A stretch of 64,000 nucleotides of DNA from Basidiobolus meristosporus CBS 931.73 (GCA_002104905.1 MCFE01000408.1:1-64000); one strand, 5' to 3'. Positions 36,150 through 49,098 are shown, numbered from the stretch's first letter. Translations and numbers: made by a program. Notes: generated by a model not told the origin, from the sequence alone.

Positions 36150-39096
36150 TATTTGTGCAAAATGATCAAACATCAGCTCATTTCTGGAGTAAAAACTGAT
36201 CCCCAGCTAATTTGGAGCACTGTGAAGCCAACATATATGGAAAACAAGCCAGACAACCATTCAAGCGCTCTGGGGTAATTAAAACTAAGAAAAGATTTGA
36301 TCTAACTCACTCAGATCTGTGTAGACCAATGCAAAATTTATCCTTAGATGGGATGAAGTGTATAATTACTTTTATTGATGATTATACAAGATACATCTGG
36401 GTTTACTTCATGGAGAGAAAGGAAAAAGCTCTGTCTAAATTCAGAGAGTTCAAAGCCAGGGTGGAGAGTGAAGGTGGTGAAAAAATCATGAAAATAAGCT
36501 CTGACAATGGTGGATAATATACCTCAAAACTCTTCATCCACTTCTGCCAAATTCATGTGATAAAGTAAGAGACTACTGTACCATACTCCCCACAGCAAAA
36601 TGGAGTAACAGAACATGCTAACAGAGCAATAATTGATATGGCAAGATCTATGATCCATGATCAAAATTATTCTTTGATTTTTGGGCGGCATCAGTTGCCA
36701 CTGCTGTATACCTTAAAAATACAAGTTATAACCAAATACTTTGTGATTTTACTCCATTTGAAGCATGGTATGGGTACAGATCAAGTGCAGAACATCTAAG
36801 AATATTTGGGTGTACAGCATATGCCAAAAAACTGCACAGAAATCAGTCAAAACTTGAGCCAAAGAGTGTAAAATGAATATTTTTGGGCTACTGCAATGAG
36901 AGTAAGGAATACAGATTCTACAATACCAAAGCAAAGAAGCTGATCAAGTCCAGGGATGTGTTGTTTGATGAAAACTCAAAATGTTCACAAAAAATGACAT
37001 CAGATGATGACAAAACTTTGATCTCAAGTCCACCAATTGTCAGGATTATATCAGAGCAAAACAGTAATATTTTTTTCACTCCAGAGGACTCTGCAATCAT
37101 GGTTCAGCCAGAAGTAGTGCCCAGGAATATTTCAGAAGTGCTCATTCCAGTATCAAATGCCCAGAGATTCAATTGGACAAGAAATAGCCCAAATTATTAT
37201 ATCAATGAGGGTACAAACTTAGCCAATGCCTATTGAATCCATATTGATGAACCCCAGACTGTAAAAGAGGCCCTAAATAGCCCTGAGACAAAGTTTTGGA
37301 GATCTGCAATGACTGAGGAATATCAGGTTCTGATAGAAAATCAAACTTGGTACTTGGTCAAATTACCAATCAATTGAAAATCAATTTTATGCAGATGGGT
37401 CTTCATGACAAAATACAAGGCTAATGGTACAATTGATTAATTAATTTCATCAGATTAATATTGGCTAATGCAGCCAAATATAAGTTTTTAATTCATCAAA
37501 TAGATGTAAAAACTGCATTTTTGAATGGAAAGCTTGATGAGGACATGTATATGGACCAGCCTGATGTGTTTGTTGACCAGGATAACCCCCAGTAGATCCA
37601 TAAGCTTAAAAAGTCTCTATATGATCCTAAACAATCATCAAGAGACTGGAATTGCAAGATAGATTCTTATTTAGAATTTTTGAGTTTCAAAAGGAGTGGC
37701 GCTGACTACAGTATATACTATAAGCCAGATAGAGCAAATCCAGTTCTATTAGCTCTATATGTGGATGATCTTATTGTAGCCACCAAAAACCTAGAAACAT
37801 TGGAAGAGACTAAATCCAGCCTATCTAAAGAGTTCAAGATGTCCAATCTAGGAGAACTCAATTACTACTTTGGGATTAAGTTCTCTATAGACAGAAGTAC
37901 CCAGACTATCACCCTAAGCCAATCCAAGTATATTCAAGATATACTAAAGCAGTACCAAATGGAAGATTGTACACCAGCATCTACTGCAATGGACACAATC
38001 CTTAACTTAGTCAAAACTCAACCAAATCAAGAGAGCTTGGTGCCATATGAAAGCCCTGACTTTTCTTATCAATATATGGTTGGCAGTCTGATGTATATCA
38101 TGCTTGGAACATGCTCAGACATCTCATATTCAGTGGAAGTTGTCAGCCAACATAATCAGAGCTATGAATCTGATCATATTGCAGCAGTTAAGCAGATTTT
38201 TAGATATCTAAAAGGACCTGCTGATATCTGCTTAAGATACATTTATAAGGATTCAGAACAGGATTTTGTGGGATACTCTGATGCTGACTGGGAACAAAAT
38301 TTGAAAGACAGAAGATCCACCACAGGATACACCTTTCTTTACTGTAAAGGAGCAATTTCATGGAATTCAAGAAAGCAACCAACCATAGCACTTTCTGCCA
38401 CAGAGGCAGAGTATATGGCAGCCTGTGAAGCTACAAAAGAAGCAATGTGGTTAAGAAAGCTTTTTACAGATTTAGGCCTAGGTCAAAAAACACCTATTAC
38501 TTTATTTCATGATAATCAAGGATGTATACCATTAGGTAGAAATCCAACTTTTCATGCTAGAACTAAGCACACAGATATTATGCATCACTTCATATGTGAT
38601 GCTATAGAGAATAACTTAGTTAGCTTAGTTTGCTGTCCTTCAGATGAAATGATTGCAGAAATATTTAGCAAACCATTAGCTAAAGACAAGCTTGAATATC
38701 TTAGGTCAAAATTGGGACTAATCAGTATGAACATTTAGCTGAGTGGGAGTGTTGTAAAAATTTGTGGTTCCACCTAAATACTCACCTAACTTAGTCACTT
38801 AGATCATTACCTTAAAATCCTACAGAATACTGACCATATTCCTTGTTGGGATTTACTGAGAATATTTTCACCAAACTGGCAGGTACACAGAAAATGAAAA
38901 TTCTCAAAGTTGTCCAAACAGCCCCAAACTTTGTACACATGCTCTTGGGATCTTTCCTAACCTGCTCTACATGTTTTTATGCCATGATCATGTAAAAGTA
39001 TAAATACTACTTTTACACTCAAAAAATCATTAAGTAAAAGCCACAAATCTACTTGTCCTCCCAATCACTTCCAATATCTTCAAGATTCTTACAACA
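36150..39096 (+). mobile_element. Ty1/copia family A element (A2), 5'-truncated, degenerate
   Basis: Integrase (THSDLCRP, ISSDNGG), RT/RNase H ORF 37680-38738 (LYVDDL, YSDADW, ALSATEAEY, ARTKH), PPT GAGTGGGAG (38741-49), LTR 38750-39096 TGTTG...CAACA. Confidence 0.9.
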
Positions 39097-39131
39097 CATC
39101 CTCTAGTTTTTCACATCACTTCCAATGCTCC

Positions 39132-40118
39132 TCAGAATATTGCAACAAAATCTTCAGTTCTGGACTCTATGGCTGAAACAAGGCCCTGAAACTTGTCTAA
39201 CAAGCTATTCAGGATGGTAACTATCACACCCTCATCAGTAGTTGGTATGCCCATAGATTCCATCTCATCCACCAGCAGGGTAATTCTGTTAACCAGATTT
39301 CTCATTTCTTCTCCTGGCAGCATCTTTGTGGAACGGAATTTTTGTCCAAGATTCATTTTCTTAGCAGCTGAACATGGCAGGTAGGTGTCTTCAAATGCCT
39401 TCCAGGCATTATTTGCTGTTTTTGCTCCTGAGCATTGAATAAGCAATTTGTCTTCAACATTGAGGGAAATGAAGCTGAAAGCACTTTGTTCTTCCTTCTG
39501 GTTCTTTGAAACTTCCTCTTCTACAGTTTTAAGAGGGAATTCTTCTCCCATGACAACATGGCAAATGTCTCTTTCTGGCTGCTGCATCTTTTTCTTCACC
39601 TTCCACACTTGATAGTTAGATCCATGAAACTTTTCAGCAGAGGGGAAAATTCCAGTAATACAAGTGGTAGACATTGCAGAGAGTGACAGCTTGGGGCTCA
39701 TAACCTGTTGTAAGAGTCTTGGAGATACTGGAAGTGATTTGGAGAACAAGTAGATTGTTTGGTTTTCACTTAATGATATATTGAATATAAGAGTAGTATT
39801 TATACTTTTAAATGGTCTTGGCATAACAAACACTTTGAATAGATTAAAAAAGGTCCCAAGAACTTATACTTTTACATCTTCTTGGCATATCAGACACATA
39901 AAATATGCTTAGAAAGGTCCAAAGAGCATGGGTGCAAAGCTTGGGGCTGTTTGGACAGCTTATTGAATTTTCATGTTCTAGATACCTGATGTTTTGGTGA
40001 AAATAATCCAAGTAAATCCCAACAAGAAATTTGGTTAGTATTCTCCAAGATTTGTAGGTAATGATCCAAGTGACTAAGCTAGGCAAGTATTTAGGTGGAA
40101 TTATGACTTTTTACAGCA
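39132..40118 (-). mobile_element. Ty1/copia family A element (A3): 5' LTR, PBS and truncated gag
   Basis: LTR 39706-40118 (413 bp; ~66 bp longer than the other A LTRs, apparent internal duplication around AAAGGTCC..AAGA); PBS GGTTATGAGCCCC 39693-39705; gag from ATG 39674 (KFHGSNYQVWK..., LNSLLDKF). Confidence 0.85.
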
Positions 40119-40149
40119 GAATTTACCCATTGGTAGAAATTGGAACTGA

Positions 40150-40445
40150 AATATATTTATTGATGATCATACAAGATACACGTGGATCTACTTCATCGAG
40201 AGAAAGAGAGAAGCACTGTCTAAGCCTGGGGAGTTTAAAGCCATGGTGGGGGAGAAACTGGTAAGAAAATCAAGCATATATACTCAAGTAAAAGGTAAGG
40301 CTATACCTCAAAACTGTTCATTCACTTCTGCAAAATTCATGGGATAAAGCAACACTACTTCATCATACTCCCAACAGCAAAACAGAGGGTCAGAACATGC
40401 GAAGAGATCTAATATCGATATGGCAAGATCCATGATCAAATGATA
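40150..40445 (+). pseudogene. Copia integrase core fragment
   Basis: Manual translation FIDDHTRYTWIYFIERKREAL...QQNRGSEHA...DMARSMI, homologous to 36370-36660. Confidence 0.75.
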
Positions 40446-41488
40446 TCTTAAGATTTTTTAACCCTAACCCTAAAATCTGGTTGAGAGTCTAGAGAAAATT
40501 GGAATATTTCGAGCGTTTCAGTCTGACATAATTCCGTCCTAATCAAGAGTGGGGAATCAATTGGAATTCTAATCAGTATCAGTATATTAGTGCATGTAAT
40601 GATTTTGGAGCACCTAACCATGAACTCAGGCGTAGCATTAATCAATGATCTTGCGCCGGTGATGGTGCATAATCGCCAACCCCACCCAAACTTCAAGGAT
40701 GGAAGCAGCGTAACTAGGGCGCCACTCGCCCTCCTGCTATACCAGGCAACACTCGAAACTTCCAGCTGGGAGCCCAAGCCTACCTTCCTACTGGGCAGAG
40801 AAATGACTGCTACAAAGGCCTGCTATGGCCAACCTCAAGAATAATGCAACAGCGCTGGAGCACATGGCAGATTCGTTATGCAGTTGCCTCGATCTGATAT
40901 TTGTGGAAGTAGGTGGACTCCAGCAACAGTTGGCTATCGCTTCCTAGCTAATCGAATATATATTTAGCAGGATGCCGTGGGACGAGCCAGCAAATTCTGG
41001 CATTCATGCTCCCCCATTCCGTACGAATCGTGATTCCGCTTGCTTGTTTCAGTATTGTCAACAAACCATCTTAGATACTGTGCTATCCAATCCACAAACA
41101 TCCGATACAGAAGGCAACCGCCACATGGCCAATCAGGTGGCCAGCAGGAGGATCCAGCGATGGATGATTTGTTTATCGTATCGACATATAAGTTCAGCGT
41201 CTATATTTACGCTGATTGATGTCATTGGTTTCATTGGTTTGGTGTAAAAGAAATCAGCATCCTGCACCTAGATAATCCAGATTTTCCGACCATCCTCACG
41301 TTCGTTTCGTTCGATAGGCATCCCACTAGCGACGTTTCGTGTTCTACGACCAGGAATATCTTCCGAGGCCCTTGAAAACCCATTTGAAATAGGCTTCAGT
41401 CAATACGAGCAGGCCCACCTAATACTGAACCACCCACCCTATACCGCCCCATTTACTTTCCGAACTTCTGAAACTTTTTTGCGAAATC

Positions 41489-44167
41489 ATGTCTGGTACT
41501 GTTTCCCTAGGGGGCGCCCCGCCGTTAGCAGATATATATGATTCCTCCCAGCTAATACGGAAAAAGCATTCCTCCTCCTCCTTCTCCGACTCTGAAGAAG
41601 AAAACAACCCTCCTGAGGACGAACACGTCACAGACAGCCCTTTCGACACTAAAACCTACCCTACGAAGCCAACCACACCTACCCGCGCGTTTTTAAGCTC
41701 CACTTTCTCCCACGCAAACCCCCTGTTAACCTCTCCAACCGTCAAAAAACCCACGTTGCCAACCTCGCCGCAGCATTACTCCTCTATGGTTCGCCAGCAC
41801 AGTGCCAACATCCACTCCATTTTCAATAAGCTCAACACCCTGAACGAGAAGACCAGACACGATGACAAAAGATCCTTCCTTCATTCCATTAAAGGGTTAG
41901 CCTCTTGTTAGATGTAGCGTCTGCTCCCCACCATACGGCACGCAGCTAATGAGCTCCACTCGTTTCTAGCCACATGCGCAAAAATAGCAAGGACAAGTTC
42001 TCTTCGTTGTTCGATCCATTCGAAGGAGGCCCCTTAAGTGATACTTGGTAACAGTTCAGCCTCTTCTCCAGTCAGTGACCTTTTAGATTGACCTTTTCTA
42101 GGCGAGGCTCTCCGCTACAGCCTTTTTCAGCTGACGACGTTCATCGCTCCCCCATTACTTCCCCCCATAGCCCCCTGAAGAGCCCGACCCTCACATCATA
42201 TCCGACCTTCAACAAACTTGCCTCGCACTCCAAGAGGAGGTAGGTGCACGTTCGGGCCAACCTTCCTCTACGCTTATTCACCATGTCTCCTTTCAGGCTC
42301 ACCCATGATAACACGGTCGAGGAGCTGGCTCGAGAGATGGAGCAGTACTACTTTCAGAACAACCAGAAGATCGAAAGCTACATCGACCAAATCGCAACGC
42401 TCGAGGTACTGCCGGCGACCACGGGTGTTTTCGTCGCATCGACTAACCGGATCCTTTGCCCTCCCATGTAGAAACAAAAACGGGACGCAGTTCTTGAAAG
42501 CAAGCAATGGAAAAAACAATGCATCTATGCCGAGAATAAGTTGCACAGCCAGGAGCTGGAGTTTCAAGGTACAGCGTGGGTAGGATCCACGGCGTCTTCA
42601 TTTCAGGGACTAACCCAGCACGTGTAGAGGAGATGCGTAACCTGAGTGAGCAGCACCAGAACGACCTGGACATGATCAAAGGGATTCACCGGAAGAAGTG
42701 TAAGCAGTACGGGGAGATCATCAAGAAACTGATGGCCACCAACGAGGCATTTCGCGCCCAACTTCAAGAATACGGGATCGTTCCAGGTTAGAGGCCATCA
42801 TCATGGATCCCACGGCATCCAAGCACATCATTTAACGCTTTCTCACTCTTCAGTTACCGCCAACCCTGAGGCCGAGATGCTGGTAGAGACTCAAGAGTGG
42901 GCCGAGGACCGGGAATTCATTCAGGTAAATACGGCTCCTTCGAAACGGGATTTGTACTGGGGAGCTACCGGCTAATCTGTCTTTTGTCTGCCAGCAAAAA
43001 CTAGCCGCGATCGAGCAGCGGAAGTTGGCGTCGAAGTCGGAGGAAGAAATGGCGGCAAGTATTGAGGTAGCGTCATTCTCGTGTAGTCATGTTTCAGGGT
43101 GGAAATCGCTCACATGGCTGTAGTACATTACTCTCGCTCTAGGAATGGAGCTACGTCAGAATCAGGCGGCTCGATGCCAGAAGGCGCCACAAGCTGCTGC
43201 ACCCCCCTTGGTGCCTGCGTCTGGACCTACCATGACATCAGCGAAGTTGAAAACGTTCGCGCGGAAAAGATCGTCCCACTTGGAGTCCCACGAAAAGCGC
43301 CCGGACAACTATTTTAGCCTGCGGATTGGAAAAGAGCGCAGGAGGGAACTTGAGAGGGTTACCACGATCTACCACAAGACGGATCATCGTAAACTAACCG
43401 ATGACTCGTTACATCTCGGGCAGTCCGTTGATGCGGACTCATTCTCCGATGATAGCGAGTCATCCGCAGATGAAGCCAGCATCCCGCTTCAATTCATCAC
43501 AACCTCCCGTGGGCGATTGGACCGACGTTCGAAACGGAGCATCAATCCGCTAACCTCGACCACGCGAGCGACAGCTATCACTACGCCTGCAGTTGGCGAT
43601 GAAACTGCGGAGGACCAGATGTCAGCTTTTCAGTTCAAACCAACCGAGGTGCCTTTAAAGCCATTGGGCCAGGGCTCGAGCAAAGCATCAGGTGAGAAGC
43701 CTTCCAAAATGCTCGTCCCAGCCGAGGTGGATGACACACCCCTGTGTCCAAATTCCCACACTAACCCTTCAGCGAAATCAGCTGCAAGTACTGAGGACGA
43801 GGTCGAAATGACACCCGCTGTAGAGGAGAAACCCCTCACCACCCATGACCCTTGTATCAGAGATGCTAGCGTCTCTACACCCCTGGCCTCCAGATCAAGG
43901 ACCAGCACCAGCAGCATCGCCTCAAGTGTTTCGCCAAGCCGATCCGTATTTGCCAAGAATAGGAACCCAATCCGCTCTGCGTCTCCTTGTCAAAGAACCG
44001 CCAACAGATTAAGCATGCTCAACTCCTCCCCTGGCAACGGGCGCCTGTCGACTACCCCGGAGCAATCGCAGCATCTACTCGCCCAGCGTAAGAAACCACT
44101 TCCAAAGATCCCCGAAGCCAAGTCGGAGAATACACCGGACATCCAAACGGATCAAGACACTCAATGA
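41489..44167 (+). CDS. Multi-exon hypothetical protein (Ser/Pro-rich ends, central coiled coil); exon structure only partly resolved
   Basis: Exon-like segments 41489-41895, ~42296-42406 (EELAREMEQYYFQNNQKIESYIDQI), ~42472-42568, ~42628-42787 (EEMRNLSEQHQNDL...) and ~43143-44167, separated by short GT..CTAAC..AG introns; CpG content normal. Confidence 0.6.
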
Positions 44168-44644
44168 AGCGTACTCGCCCGAAACTCTACCATTCGAGCC
44201 ATGGAGGCTTTCGAGTCTATCCGTCTACGTACATGAGCCTCCCGTTGTGCAAGGTGTAACTTAATAATTTTGACCCATCTATTCCATATTTGTTATTGTA
44301 TCACGTGTATTTTTGTTTATCCACTACTATCGGCACAATATCCGTACTCTTTGGCTGGGGGTAGATGGCCAGCCGATGGTTTGTTTACTCTCGGGAGCGT
44401 ACGAAAGTGTATAAACCCTGGATCTTGAGAAATTCATGCTTGAATATCATCTCGAATCCCCAGTTCAAGCCCTTTGAGCTGACAGATATAAAGAATCCCG
44501 GTGTATATACATGTGTATATATATACAACCGAACATAACTCAATTTATTGATACGCAGCAGATAGATATAAACAAACTTCCCAGCATTAAATAACCCTCA
44601 TCTGAACTATTCTATGAATTCCAACAGCCCTTGGCCCAGACATT

Positions 44645-45824
44645 TCAGCCGTGTGTGCGGTTGGTTATGTGTTGGTACCAAGTGTGGTGGTGCCCAGACT
44701 CCACGCTTTCGTTTCGAACCCGAGGAAACCCTTGGCAGAACTTGTGTACCATGAACTCCAGGAGTTTCTCCCGGACCTCACACTCCAGCTCCTTCAGAGC
44801 CTCCACATTGGTCGCACTCACTGAGCACTGGATCTGCACGTCGCTCCCGGTTATCTTCGCTACCTTGAGACTGGCCACCTGCTTGTCCCACAGTGAAGAA
44901 CCCTCAACAACCTCCAAGAATTTTTCGCGCAGCTTTGCAACGGGTACCAGATAATCCACGGAGAAGGTGACTTCCCCCACTCGATGCTCGCAGCCCCTAC
45001 TCCAATTCTGAAAGGCCCCACCAATAAACCGTGAAAGCGGGATTATATGCTGACTCTTGTCCACCGCTTGCAAGACCACGTAGAACCCGCGTATCTCCAC
45101 TACATCAAAACCAAATACCAGTCAGTTCCTCTCCTTCATCTCAGTCAAATGAAAACCCGAACCTATCCTGCCGAAACAGCCGTCCACCGTCACGTAGTCG
45201 AACAAAGCGAAAGGCTCGGACCAGGAGACTTGGAGACCGGCCACAAAGTTCTCCAAGGTGGTGGTGAAGCCTCTGCCGAGAGTGTTGCTGAATACCACTA
45301 GCCCCACCAGGCCACTGATTCCCATCTCCCACGCCTTCGGGATGGTCATGATCAGCGAAAATAGGCCTAGACTTCCGACCACCAGAAGACTGAGCTTGCG
45401 AAGGGCCAGGGAATCGTGCTTCAATTTGATAGTCTTCGGCTCGGCCCGCGGGAACAGTCCAAGCACAACACTCCCCAAGAGCCAGGTGATATTCAGAATC
45501 AGTGCTACGGAAATCAAATGTCGCAGGATCGCATACCAGTCACCCCCAATGCTGCTCAGCAATGGGAATACCAGATGGATTGCGAACAGAGGGCAGCCGA
45601 AAATCAACGGGTAGTGGCTAGACAGCAATGGATAGAGGGGTGAGTAGCAGCCTTTCACTCGCGTGGCAAGTAACACAGGCTTACCAGGATTCAATAAATT
45701 CGGGGCTCAGGATACACTCAGGATTTTGGGCCAACTTCCTGAGCACCAGGTACACGCATAGGTAGAGCGGCACTGACACTATCACCGCGCAAAGTAGTAT
45801 GATTGACGCAATCCAAAGGTCCAT
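44645..45824 (-). CDS. mscS: Small-conductance mechanosensitive channel, bacterial-type MscS, 349 aa, 2 introns
   Basis: Exons 45824-45685, 45617-45163 and 45099-44645 (1050 nt, open frame); introns 45618-45684 and 45100-45162 are GT-AG; TM helices then LENFVAGLQV..PF..D.V.VDG.FGRIVEI, FQNWSR, VDY.VPV..LRE, WDKQV, CEVREKL...FPRVR. Confidence 0.8.
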
Positions 45825-46327
45825 TTCAACAAAGATGTGGACCTGTGCGGAAAGCCTTGGAATACTTATAGCTTTACGGGCAGGCAATTCCAAGTGGAGG
45901 CATTTGCGGGATAGAACCACGCATGTGTAGACAATGATATTCGAGACGGTGTGCCGGTCGGAGGTATAAGGTATACCGCGATTGCAGCCAGTCAAGAACC
46001 ACCAGAATTCCCGGATTAACCGGCTGTCCGTTGCGCTTTCGGAAGAAGCCTGGTGGAAGTTGGGGGATCTTGCGTCCCTATGGAAAAGAATCGGATGCGT
46101 GAACGTACATTTCGAGGTCAGGTAACCCCAATTTTATTTGCCAAACAACTATTCTGATGGTGGTTGTGCATAATCACATCTTCCGCATACTTCAGGCACA
46201 TAGTGTGCTTATGGAAGTAATCTCATCGGCATGTCCATGAACACCCTACTAATGTCATGTTCCCTCTAGTCATGAGCACATGGGATTGATCGTATGGTGT
46301 TCTTGGGAAGAGAGGAGGGCGCCCCAT

Positions 46328-46934
46328 TCACTTACATTCGATTTCATGGCAAACGTTGTGATTGGAGCCCTCTTCTGCTAGGCTTTCCACTTCCATTGCT
46401 GCTGTAGAGTTCTGCCGCCCCGATGGCACCGTTTGAGCTGCTCCCGAATTCCTGGTGATCAAGAAAACACTGAAGATCATGCCCAGACAGCCAACCCCTC
46501 GCTCCCATGTCAGCGAACGCTTGTTCACGCCAACCAAGGCAAAATGGTCCATCAACATGGTAATGATGATCTGTGTAGGCACCACCACCGCAACGTAATT
46601 TGCAGCCCCAATCTTTGGGATGCTAACCACCTGAGAGAAAATGTATACTACACCCAACACTCCGCCAATCCAGCCCCACCATGGGGCCCCTTCGCAAAGA
46701 AGTTAGTAGGGTTGTTGCGCCCATGTTCGACTGATATCACCCACCGTGGAAAGCATCGGAGCTCAGAGCGGGGTGTGTATTGGCTCGAGTTTCAACCATA
46801 AAGTACAATAGAAGGGGCATTAAACCGACTCCAAAGGATGTTAATGCGGCAAAAGACTTCGCCGTAAGTCTTCCCAACGCTCCGTTGCACGCTATTTGAG
46901 GGATCATGATTTGAGAAAACAGTGGGACTCTCAT
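46328..46934 (-). CDS. DMT-superfamily small transporter, YdcZ/DUF606-like; start uncertain, intron 46690-46744
   Basis: IPQIACNGALGR...AALTSFGVG, then after a 55-bp GT-AG intron APWWGWIGGVLGVVYI...PKIGAA...Q....LMDHFALVG, matching the YdcZ-type pattern. Confidence 0.7.
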
Positions 46935-48090
46935 GGCTCAGGCCAACCGACAAAACCAAAATGACAAACCAGCTTGAACGGCAAGACCACACCCGCTTAA
47001 AGCCAACAGAAAGGCCAGAAAAAGGAAGTTATCCAACACGGACATCGAAGAAACCCACCTGGAGTTGGCGGACACCTGGTGGAGCTGGTAAGGTGGGAAG
47101 GGGACGTCTTCGGAAGAGCAGGTTGCAAATCCTCCATGAAAAGGGGATCAAGCACTGTCGGTTAATTATACCATTTTGGCCGACAAGTGACCTGAAATCC
47201 ACCATCCGTCCGTACGCGCGGTTAAGCGTATCAAGTTTTAGTGGCCATCGAGATCGATCGCAGTTTGTGTTTCAAATATCCTTCTTGGAATCAGGATTGG
47301 ACAGCGCTCGCGAGTCCATGCAACGGCTTGCCAATCCCGTGATGTAGCCTAGTTGATGTGCACTCTACCTGAAGTACGCAATGATGCAGTATTTCATTTG
47401 TAATCATCACACATCAATTTCGAAGGTCATAGGAAGCATGGGCCCATTGCATTGGCTAGCACCACATCTATATGTATCCATGCCTAAATATCATATTAAT
47501 AAAGCGATGGGATGAGATCATTGTCCGCACCAGGCCCACTAAGCATGGACTCCTCAACCTATACGGACGAATCGAGTAGTTGCCAATCCTCAGGGAAGGT
47601 ACGTATTCTGCGGACTGTCAATCCACTCTGGCAATCCGTCTATACTAAGCTAAAAATAGAATGATTCCTGCTCAGGCTCTTTGCTCCTACTGCAAGGAAG
47701 AGACATCGCCATGGAATTATTCCAGAAGCGGAGAATACAAGGGGCACCAACACCACTATGTAGCAGAGAATTCTTAAAGCAGTTTACCTCGTGTTACAAC
47801 ACCCATTGAGGCAATCCATAATAAGCTGTGCTAATTAAGGTATCCTACAGCCAATTGGACCAATCACCTCGCCATCAACCCTCATCCCTCATGGGAACAT
47901 CAATCATCATGGAAGCAATCAATCAAGCACAATAACGCAATTATTTATAGAAATCATTAAACGCTCCTTTATCAATTCAACATCCGGGTGCCAATTGGTC
48001 GCTTTCCAATTAATGAATTTCGCTGTGGCCTCGCCCATAAATACCAGACGTGGGTTGGCGGTTTCTAGCAATTCCTAGCTTGCATTCAAC

Positions 48091-49098
48091 ATGCGCACTT
48101 TTCACTTGTTGGTCTCCTGTGCACTCGCGGTTGGTTGTTTTTTCGGCCCCGTCACCGCTCAGTCGACCACCACCCCATCTGCTTGTAACGGTGCTGCTGC
48201 CCTTTGCAACCGCAAATATAATGAAGTTGCCTATGCAACCACCCACAACGCCTACGCTCTATCCCCCGACACGGCCGGCAACCAAAACAACCCAATTGCA
48301 AAGCAGCTTACCGATGGAATTCGTGGGCTAATGTTGGATTTGCACAAGTCGAACCAATCGAGCGCCATCCACCTTTGCCATACATCATGCCAGGTCCTTG
48401 ATGCCGGGCCTTTGACCACGGCCCTTAGTGATATCAAAAGCTTCCTGGACAAAAACCGCAACGAGGTGGTGACCATCTTCTTCGAGAACGCCGACAACTT
48501 CTCTGCGAAGGAAATCACCGCTGCATTCACTCAGACTGGCCTTCAGAGCTATGCCGCCACCTTCACCAACCAGACTCTTCCCACCTTGGCCAAGATGATC
48601 CAAGACAACAAGCGTTTGGTCGTTTTCACCGACTCAAACGCCGACCCCAAAGCCTCCCCCATCATCATGGACGAGTACAGCTACGTATGGGAAACTCCCT
48701 TTTCCGTGGGACTGAACGGCTCCTTTACTTGTTCTATCGATCGCCCCAAAGATCAACAGAAGGCCATGTATGTTCTAAACCACTTCATCTACGTCGAGCT
48801 AAACCTCCAAGGCAGCAACATTCAAATCCCCGCCGCCAACTACGCCACCACCACCAACGCCCAGTCGTTGGCCAACCATGCCAGCCAGTGCAACCAGGAA
48901 CGCAACCAGATGCCGAACTTCATCGCAGTTGATTTCTATGATGTCGGGAACGTTTTCCAGGTGGTCGCCAACTTAAATCAGGTCCCCTACACCGCTCCCT
49001 CCAAGGGGACTACCGGGGACAAATCCACGGCCGCTGGTTTCGGCCCCCACTATTTTGGTCTCTCGGCCTTCGTGCTGGCCAGTGTGCTACTCTATTAA
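48091..49098 (+). CDS. Secreted, probably GPI-anchored PI-PLC X-domain (PLC-like phosphodiesterase) protein, 335 aa, intronless
   Basis: Signal peptide MRTFHLLVSCALAVGCFFG; CNG...C.RKY..V....THNAYA, QL.DGIRGLMLD, LCHTSC, NEVVTIFFE, LNHF, PNFIAVDFY; hydrophobic C-terminal tail. Confidence 0.9.
   Translation: MRTFHLLVSCALAVGCFFGPVTAQSTTTPSACNGAAALCNRKYNEVAYATTHNAYALSPDTAGNQNNPIAKQLTDGIRGLMLDLHKSNQSSAIHLCHTSCQVLDAGPLTTALSDIKSFLDKNRNEVVTIFFENADNFSAKEITAAFTQTGLQSYAATFTNQTLPTLAKMIQDNKRLVVFTDSNADPKASPIIMDEYSYVWETPFSVGLNGSFTCSIDRPKDQQKAMYVLNHFIYVELNLQGSNIQIPAANYATTTNAQSLANHASQCNQERNQMPNFIAVDFYDVGNVFQVVANLNQVPYTAPSKGTTGDKSTAAGFGPHYFGLSAFVLASVLLY

Noticed and set aside
39675-39833. N-terminal extension of ORF 39132-39833
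   Set aside because: It runs through the LTR and PBS; gag most likely starts at ATG 39674.
1-40460. Classical ascomycete RIP (CpA to TpA) as the cause of TE decay
   Set aside because: CA and TG are abundant and CG is what is missing; lesions in gypsy A map to CpG.
46922-47347. 141-aa plus-strand ORF upstream of the DMT gene, and the 136-aa ORF at 49258-49668
   Set aside because: No recognisable domain or supporting splice structure; likely chance ORFs in intergenic DNA.
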